A stretch of 64,000 nucleotides of DNA from Carpediemonas membranifera BICM (taxonomy: Eukaryota > Protista > Fornicata): contig JAHDYR010000009.1 in assembly GCA_019828565.1 (NCBI GenBank), positions 248,001-312,000 of the forward strand, written 5' to 3'. Below the pieces are notes generated by a model. It saw nothing but the letters and a program-made list of their open reading frames with translations. It searched no databases and had not been told where the DNA came from. Below, in pieces: positions 56,301 through 64,000 of this stretch (position 1 is its first letter; every line of letters begins with the position of its first letter). The position numbers and the translations under genes are program-made.

Positions 56301-57335
56301 ATGGAAGGAAGGAATGAGGGTGCTTCATCAACCATTAACGCCGTTGCCAACATCCTTATGTTTCCATATGGCGTTCGGCCGCTGGTATCAGTTCTGGACT
56401 CGTTTTTGACACAAAGGAAGTTTCTTATAAGCAGTCAGGACAATCCATACGAAATAGACCCCCTATTCTACCCCAATCCACTAGATTTCTTCAACGACGA
56501 GCAGCGGAAGATCTACCTTCAGGTTATCAGAACGAAAGACAAGCTTCGTTCGCCGCTTGGGATGAAAAACATCATAGACCGCATCCAGAACTTCAAATAC
56601 GTCTTCCTCTGGGAGGTTATCCGCGACATCTACGAGCTGTGCGACAATGCCCGCACGTACAACGCCCAGTTCCAGAACATGGTCGACCACGCCAACCAGC
56701 TCGAGGTTGCGGCGTATAACACGCTCGTTCGGAACATGCTTCGTATAATGCAGTCCAAGAACCTCCTAGACAGTGTGGGTCTGAGTGATTTAGACATTTC
56801 AGCGCTTTCCGATGACATGCTGCGGTCCATCGCCCAGGGCTACTTCCGGAAGATGGAACCGAAGATGCTGCCCTTCACATACATCAGCAACTTCATCATG
56901 AGCATGTTTGTGTGGATCGAGAAGCGGTCCGACTTTACTGCTGAGGTCCTGATGAAGGTTATGAAGCTCTCCATCGCCGAGGCAAAGAAGCTGATCAACG
57001 CCGAGAACGCCATCGAGGTGGACATCGGAAAGTACAACCACGACCAGTTCATCCAGTTTATGAACATCCTCCGGGAGTACTCGACGGACGCCATGTACAA
57101 GCACCTCGTCAAGATCCAGAAGCCCGGGCTGCCCAAGACCAAGGGCTGGGTCCACTACAACAACCAGACCATCGCCAACTTCCTCGGCGAGGGGCAGCCT
57201 GACTTGCCGCCGGCGGATTACACGGAGAAGAAGGCGTCGACGAAGGCCAAGAGGCCAGTGTCGGTCAAGACCGTGAAGCGGACGTCGACGAAGCAGCCGA
57301 AGAGGGTCAATATCAAGCTCGGGGCCAGGATCTAA
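56301..57335 (+). CDS. bromodomain protein, possibly with an ET domain
   Basis: PLGMKNIIDRI..Y...DIYELCDNARTYN; AIEVDI. Confidence 0.7.
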   Translation: MEGRNEGASSTINAVANILMFPYGVRPLVSVLDSFLTQRKFLISSQDNPYEIDPLFYPNPLDFFNDEQRKIYLQVIRTKDKLRSPLGMKNIIDRIQNFKYVFLWEVIRDIYELCDNARTYNAQFQNMVDHANQLEVAAYNTLVRNMLRIMQSKNLLDSVGLSDLDISALSDDMLRSIAQGYFRKMEPKMLPFTYISNFIMSMFVWIEKRSDFTAEVLMKVMKLSIAEAKKLINAENAIEVDIGKYNHDQFIQFMNILREYSTDAMYKHLVKIQKPGLPKTKGWVHYNNQTIANFLGEGQPDLPPADYTEKKASTKAKRPVSVKTVKRTSTKQPKRVNIKLGARI

Positions 57336-57965
57336 GGGCATTTACTCTGGCTTTAGTAAACGGCTTGTGGTATCTGTTGCTCAGGCTGGGCAGAGCGTCG
57401 GCGTGGGGGATCTGTTCGACCAGAGCTCTGACAGCGACATTCAGATTCTTCTCAGCATGGGCCAGGAGGTCATTCCAGTGGCGTGAGTCTCCAACGCTTG
57501 GCACAGCGAAGCTGGTCGTTGACGTCCCTGTTCGCACGTTTAACGCGGCCGTTGGCTTTGACGATACGGAGTCGTCACGTGGTGTACAATGTAGTGACGG
57601 AGGCAGAGCTGCTGGAAGTCAGCGGCAACGAAGCAAGCAGAGTAGGCTGGGTGTGCAATGTTTGATTAGTCGACATACAGCTGGAAAAGCTGATACAGCT
57701 CGCTGCCGACACAAATTCCGAGTGAGTCATGACCTGAAAGCGCCATTACACGAATCAATATCGGAGAATACGCGGACTCCGTTTGACTGCTTAGGGCGCA
57801 TGACGACGAGGGTGAGCTCACTGCCCGCCACATGACCAAGCGAGGGGACCCATGATTTATGCGATTACACGAGTGTGATAAGGTTGATATGATGCCGCGA
57901 CAGCCAGAATCTTCAGACTTCTGTTGACCAATCTCGGCTATTCGAGTTCCAGAAGACAACAAGCG

Positions 57966-59495
57966 ATGTTCTGTGTCGGTGCCGGTTCTGGTTCTGCTCC
58001 CAAGGCTGCTGCCGTGACTTCTTCTAAGAAGGGCGAAGTTAAACTCACCGAATACGCCCAGGGCCTTGGCTGCGCCTGCAAGATGCCCAGTTCCATGCTC
58101 ACGCAGGTCCTCAGCGCTGTACAGCGTGAACAGGGCAACGATCCTAATCTTATCATTGGCAATGAGACGAACGACGATTGTTCCGTCTACAAGGTCTCTG
58201 ACGATCTCGCCATCGTGAACACAACGGACTTCTTCCCCCCAATTGTCGACGATCCCTACGATTTTGGCCGTATTGCCGCCGCAAACGCGCTCTCCGACAT
58301 CTATGCGATGGGCGCCGAGCCTATGACGGCCCTTTCGATCTGCACCTTCTGCCCCGACAAGCTCGACATCTCCATCCTCACCAAGATCCTCCAGGGCGCC
58401 AACGACACCGCCACTGAGGCTGGTATCACCATTGGTGGAGGCCACACTCTCCGCGACGTCGAGCCTAAGTTCGGGCTGGCCGTCACCGGCCGCGTTCACC
58501 CCGACCTCATCATCCGCAACGTTGGCGCCGAGCCGGGCGACGTCCTTGTGCTCACCAAGCCTCTGGGTGTAGGTATGCTCACCCGCACCGCCAAGCTCGG
58601 CATTGTTCCCGACATTAAGGACGCCATTGCTCAGATGACCACGCTCAATGCCGCTGCTTCCCGTGCTGCCGTCAAGGTCCACACGGACACCAAGGCCGTC
58701 CACGCCATGACCGACGTCACTGGATTCGGCCTTGCCGGCCATCTGACCGAGATGCTCGGCTCTGCCCGTGACGCCACCGTCACCCACCTCCCCACCCTCC
58801 CCGCCGCCGTCCAGGCCCTCGCCGACCACGGCAAGCGTGTCCTCTCCGGCGGCGCGTACACCAACAGCGGCTCCGTCGGCGACCGTCTCCTGGCGCCCAA
58901 GGCCGGTCCCTTCGACCTGGCCCACTTCTGCCTTGACCCCCAGACCTCTGGCGGCCTCCTCATGTCGGTCGCCCCCGATCAGAAGGACGCCCTCCTCGCT
59001 GCTCTCGAGGACGAGGGCGTCTCCGGTGTCGTGATCGGTGCCGTGTCAGCCGGTACCGGTGTTATCCGTCTCCCTGGCGCCGACCTCGCGCCCTACCGCC
59101 TGACCCGCCCCTACACGGCCCCGCCCACGCAGGAGATCGTCAAGGGCCGCGCCATCTTCGTCAAGTCCGACCTCACCGGGCACGTTAAGGATCCTAAGGA
59201 CCAGGGTCTCGGCTACAAGCTCATGGTTGGCGCTCTCATGAATCTCTCGAAGAAGCCGAAGCTGCCCGAGAAGATCATGCTCGTCGGTAGCGCTGCACTC
59301 ATGGCATGCGAAGGCCACGAGGGCTATGAGGTGGCCCTTGATGCGCTGAAGACCATGGACGCTGCCGGCGTCGACGTCATGGTGTGTGTGACCTGCACGG
59401 ATTGGTTCAAGGCCGAGAACGCGGTCGGCCGCATCGTTACGGCAGTGGATGTGACTGACGTTCTGTCGACCCATGACGTTGTCACTCTAGCTTAA
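57966..59495 (+). CDS. selD: selenophosphate synthetase SelD fused to a YedF/DsrE-like domain
   Basis: GCACK, TTDFFPPIVDDPYDFGRIAAANALSDIYAMG, GGHT, TDVTGFGLAGHL, DPQTSGGLL; C-terminal LGYKLM...VMVCVTC. Confidence 0.92.
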   Translation: MFCVGAGSGSAPKAAAVTSSKKGEVKLTEYAQGLGCACKMPSSMLTQVLSAVQREQGNDPNLIIGNETNDDCSVYKVSDDLAIVNTTDFFPPIVDDPYDFGRIAAANALSDIYAMGAEPMTALSICTFCPDKLDISILTKILQGANDTATEAGITIGGGHTLRDVEPKFGLAVTGRVHPDLIIRNVGAEPGDVLVLTKPLGVGMLTRTAKLGIVPDIKDAIAQMTTLNAAASRAAVKVHTDTKAVHAMTDVTGFGLAGHLTEMLGSARDATVTHLPTLPAAVQALADHGKRVLSGGAYTNSGSVGDRLLAPKAGPFDLAHFCLDPQTSGGLLMSVAPDQKDALLAALEDEGVSGVVIGAVSAGTGVIRLPGADLAPYRLTRPYTAPPTQEIVKGRAIFVKSDLTGHVKDPKDQGLGYKLMVGALMNLSKKPKLPEKIMLVGSAALMACEGHEGYEVALDALKTMDAAGVDVMVCVTCTDWFKAENAVGRIVTAVDVTDVLSTHDVVTLA

Positions 59496-59939
59496 ATTAG
59501 CTTAGTGTTTTACGTGCAGTTTAAAGCGGTGGAGGGGTACCCACATCAATGCGGGTGAGGATATACGTGTGTCCTTGGCCCGGGGACGATGAGGTCTATG
59601 CAGTGGACTTCCAGCAGTTGGGCTGAGTCGATCACGTCTGGAGTGAACTCCACGTTTGGACGGTTTCGCTGCTTAGCACAAGCCAAGGCAGCCCGCGAAG
59701 TCGTCATTGATTCACGCCTGGCGTCCTCACGACCTAACGATTACCTTATGATCAGTGAGCTGTCGCGCATCACTGCCTGATAGCTTGTGGCAGGGTGATC
59801 ATGCTCCACGCGTCTATCTAGACGCACCACAATGGTCGTCCAGGCGACGGTTGGTGAGCTACGACTGATGGTTGAGCGGGACTGGCTACATGCGCCGACT
59901 CCCGGAGACTCGCCATAAACTGCACGTTCCAGACGAAAA

Positions 59940-60353
59940 ATGACCAAAATTCTCTCAGCCTCTGCTGAGTCTGAGGACTCGTATGCCACACACACAACAC
60001 ATAGAGCAGTAGAAAGTTCAGATCTCTGTCCTTCAGATGTTTCGATGCGAATGCAGATTGATTCGATCATGTTCCCCGTGCTCTCGTTCATCAAGCATGC
60101 AGGAGTAGGAAACCTCGTCGATCGGCAGAAGAGATACCTATCTGATAAGACTGGCATTCCTATTTACAAGCCAAACGCCATCGACATCACGAAATCCCGC
60201 ATCCCGCACCAATCCACCCCGATGGGCGACCGTATGCCCGAGGACGTCGGCCGGCACATGTACAACAGACTGGAAATAGCAGTAGATGACATCAAGGGCG
60301 GGCTGGACTGGACTGTGGCTGATGGGTGTGTCCTGTTTGACACAAAAGTCTGA
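59940..60353 (+). CDS. hypothetical protein
   Basis: 137-aa ORF; weak support. Confidence 0.4.
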   Translation: MTKILSASAESEDSYATHTTHRAVESSDLCPSDVSMRMQIDSIMFPVLSFIKHAGVGNLVDRQKRYLSDKTGIPIYKPNAIDITKSRIPHQSTPMGDRMPEDVGRHMYNRLEIAVDDIKGGLDWTVADGCVLFDTKV

Positions 60354-60497
60354 TGTGCGCAGGTTTTGGCTGAATGGATACATGCGGCAACGAATATGAC
60401 TGGTCGCCATCGATATGCCCCCCTCCCCAAGCTGACATGCCCCGCCCTGAATCTGACCGGACAGGATAAGGCACGACGATTCGCTCTTTGCGCCGAC

Positions 60498-61115
60498 ATG
60501 CCAATCCAGGTGACGAGACGCAATCAAGCTGCCACTATCCATGTATCCGGACTTGATCCGAAGGTTACCGAGGAGCTTTTGTGCGAGCTCTTCATACAGG
60601 CCGCTCCCGTCGTCTCGGTTAACATTCCTCTGCCGGACAAGATCACTGGCAAGCCTAGAGACTTTGGTAAGTAAGATTGAGTAAGATTGAATTCCGCAAT
60701 GAAGCCGATGCAGAGTATGCGATGGATATCATGAACGGCATCAAGCTTTTTGGCCAACCATTGAAGCTGAACCCAGCTGACCGCGACAACACGTCCGCAT
60801 CCTCCGTACTCGGCGCTAACCTGTTCGTGGGCAACCTGGATGCCACTGTGGACGAGAAGATGCTGCAGGACCCCCTTCTCCTTCTCTATGTTCGGCAAGC
60901 TTCTGGGCAAGCCCCGTATCATGCGGGACGACTCGATGCGGACGAGGGGCTTCGGGTTCGTCGTGTTCGAGTCGTTCAAGTCAGCTGATGCGGCCATCGA
61001 GGGCATGAACAACCAGAACCTGGGGGGCCGTCGGCTCACCGTGTCCCACTCGACCAGGAGGGACGGCAGGACGCGGCACGGGACAGAAGAGGAGCGGAAG
61101 CTGGTCGACGGATGA
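60498..61115 (+). pseudogene. SF3B4: SF3B4/Hsh49 two-RRM splicing factor with two frameshifts (pseudogene or assembly error)
   Basis: RNQAATIHV.GLD..VTEELL.ELF.QA; EADAEYAMDIMNGIKLFGQP; GANLFVGNLD; GFGFVVFESF. Split across three frames. Confidence 0.75.
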
Positions 61116-61586
61116 GGGGCGGGAAGACCAGGGTGGGTTTGGGGTGGAGGATGCTTGGGAAGGGAGGGTGTTGAAGTGATCATTGCAGTGTCGCCACTGG
61201 CCAGGCTATAGCATATTTACAAGGTAAAGAGCACTTATCCCCTTCCTTTCCTTACACACCCCTGGGTCGCGCCATGAGCGACCCACGAGACATGTTCACC
61301 GGCTTTGGCGGCCAAGAGACGACAGGGAAGGTATCTGATGATTTCGTTGAGACCACCACGGAGAAGGACCGTGCTGCAATGCGAGCAAGAACAAGATTTA
61401 CCATGCACCTCATCACCCGCCACATTTCCGGACCCCGAGTTCGACTGGATCGGCCGGACAACACTGCGGCCCCAGCCACCCGCCTCAGAGGCCAGGGAGC
61501 CGCGGGCAGACCCCCTCTCGCACATGGGCCCTGGTCTAGGGGGTCATCGATTGATCAGGTGTCATTCCTATTCGAAGAACGAAACA

Positions 61587-62667
61587 ATGTTTGGAGGCTT
61601 CGGAGCTCAAAACAGTAATCGTGCGTACATTCCTAAGCCTTTATACAGAACCTCCGCCTGATAGCGGTGAGACTATGGTTATCTCTTCTCTCGCACTCTT
61701 GAAAATGCTCAAACACGGCCGTGCTGGCGTCCCCATCGAGGTTATGGGCCTCATGCTTGGAGAATTCGTTGATGACTACACAATCCATGTCGTGGACGTC
61801 TTTGCTATGCCACAGACGGGCACTGGCGTCTCCGTGGAGGCCGTCGACGAGGTATTCCAGACCAAGATGCTCGAGGCGCTCAAGCAGGTGGGCCGCAAGG
61901 AGTCTGTCGTCGGCTGGTACCACTCTCACCCCGGCTTCGGCTGCTGGCTCTCTGGCGTGGACCAGCAGACGCAGCAGATGTTCGAGCAGCTTCACCCCCG
62001 CGCCGTCGCCGTCGTCGTCGACCCGATCCAGTCTGTCCGCGGCAAGGTGGTTATCGACGCCTTCCGCCTGATCCCCCACATGGTCATGATGACTGGCGCC
62101 GACTACCGGCAGACGACGTCCAACCGCGGCTTCCTGACGAAGCCGTCTATCCAGGCCGTCGTGCACGGGCTCAACAGACAGTACTACTCCCTCCCGGTGG
62201 AGTTCAAGAAGAACGAGCTGGAGCGGCAGATGCTTCTCAACCTGAACGCTGAGTCGTGGGACAGCGTGCTCTCACTGGGGAACACCAGGGAAGACGGGAA
62301 GGACACCACGGCTAAGCTCAAGAGCCTCATCAACCTCGCCGGCGTGTACACAGCGCATCTGACGAAGGAGAAGAAGGACGCCGAGGAATACGCCAAGGAG
62401 AAGGCCGAGAAGGAGGCCAAGGGCGAGGAGACGAAGGAGGAGGAGGCTGACGTCGACATGGACGCCGGACCAGAGCTCAAGGACACGGACGACGCGGACG
62501 AGCGGGCGGACAAGGTGAAGGCCCGCAAGGAGGCCAAGCTCCGCCAGCTGAGGCGCACTGTCGGGCGGCTGGACCCCGTTCGCCACCTCGAGGAGGAGAG
62601 CGACGACCTCGCCCTGACGTCGGTGCGGCGGGCGGTGACGATGATCATGAACATTGCCAGCATGTAA
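61587..62667 (+). CDS. PSMD14: proteasome lid deubiquitinase Rpn11
   Basis: join(61587..61620,61649..62667) with a 28-nt intron. [24 protein letters not shown]; JAMM motif [16 protein letters not shown]. Confidence 0.97.
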
Positions 62668-63095
62668 ATGAAGTATATGGGCAGGGTCCCGCTTAAATGG
62701 GCGGGCGGGTCCTAGGGAACTTCTGATTCGAGGCGCGAGACAAGAAGTAGCTTGCGGATGTCCGTCTTTCGGGCCTCTGCAAGGTCTCCGTGATACTGAT
62801 CGACTCACCATCGAAGTCAGCCCAAGACGCATTCCAGTCGTGCCGCGTCTGACACGCGCTGGGTTACCCAGAGGCATATCTGATCTTACCCGATTCGACC
62901 TGCGTTACAGAACCCACGCAGAAGACATGATCCGCCCATTTTATAAGCCAAGGTCAACCTCCCTTCCATGCCCGTCTTGGCACGAGATCGAATCATTTGT
63001 GCCGACTTCTGGACGTTCAACCACGGTCAGAGGCGATGGCGTATGCATCATTTGTGGAGAAGCTGCAGCTCCTTGCTGTCTACGCCGATATATTA

Positions 63096-64000
63096 TGCAA
63101 TGAAACGCCCGGTGACGTTCCCGGCTTGCTTCGTAATGCTCTCAGCCGGTTGAATACGAAAAAGGACGTGGTGCAGCCGCCCTATCAGCTCCAGCTCCCC
63201 GATGACTACACGCTAGACAACCTTCGCTCAGATATTCTTGAAGTGATGGCCACAGCGATGTCATCGAGCTCTCTGGCGGACCGCATCCTCCAATCCTCCC
63301 TTGCTTCAGCGGGAGGCATCCTCTCCACAGGTGCCAACCTCAGCATGAACATCCCGGACAACAAGCTGCCAACCGCCATCTACACCCTCCTACAGACGAC
63401 TATCTGGGCCATTCTGATGCGAGCTGGGGCTGATCCGGCCATTGATGCCGTTGACGACGACCCCACAGAGTTGGACCAGACCTGTCCGCATGAGGACGCT
63501 GAGGCCATGAAGTCCAAGGCCGCTGACCGCAAGATCATGTGGTTTATGTGCAAGAAGTTCCTGTCTACGGCCTTTGCCGCCGAGAGGGATGGGAATAACA
63601 GGAGATCGCTGGACGACACCGTCATGTGCTACGGCGGGCGTCTCTTCACGAACGAAGAGGAGAACGTCGCTCTCGTCTCCGCCCCGTCCTCGGAGCGGCA
63701 CTTCCACCGCATTCGGGTCCCGGGCGTCGTCGACTACCGCTGGGCGAACGGCTTCCTCATATCGACCTCCCAGGGCCTCTTTGCTGTTGGAGACAACGAC
63801 AGCGGCCGCCTAGGCGTTCTCGGCGAGCGTCGTCTCGTCTCTACGCCCGCCCGGATCACCTTCCCCGCCGCCCCGGACGTGTCAGCCCACGAGGCGTCCC
63901 TCCCCCGCCACCGCAAGCACGGCCTGGTGATCGACATGTGGCTCGAGTGGAACCACTCTGTCATCCGCACCCCGCTCGGCCTCCTCGGGGCGGGGTCGAA
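63096..64000 (+). CDS. 3'-partial protein of the same family as the window-start ORF (RCC1-like motif); start uncertain
   Basis: Frame reads open to the window end. YGGRLF...HRIRVPG...TSQGLFAVGDNDSGRLG. Confidence 0.6.

Overview
Gene-dense eukaryotic DNA from a flagellated protist. I infer a metamonad (Fornicata, Carpediemonas-like) from 28-37 nt GT-AG introns with the branch point next to the 3' splice site, GTAAA-type 3' signals, and divergent Tom40/Sam50. About 35 host genes lie on the + strand, including beta-tubulin, RPL4, SmB, Dcp2, PACRG, NHE, Sam50, Tom40, RasGAP, ABCD, NEK, WNK, a Rad21/Rec8 kleisin, SelD and Rpn11. The main discovery is two divergent Fanzor1-like (eukaryotic TnpB/OMEGA) RuvC nuclease genes. 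One is at 18621-19892 (-, 5'-truncated). The other is at 27751-29700 (+, full length with one internal TAA). Each is followed by a hairpin-rich non-coding region, and the two regions share a 28-nt motif (27/28 identical) after which they diverge abruptly. This is the expected signature of an omegaRNA scaffold end followed by a flank-derived guide. Also notable: a 1.04-kb direct repeat suggesting a circularly permuted 11.2-kb unit, a 4.4-kb coding minisatellite, a SelD-YedF fusion, and a methyltransferase-GT8 fusion. All calls come from reading the sequence by eye; no searches were run.
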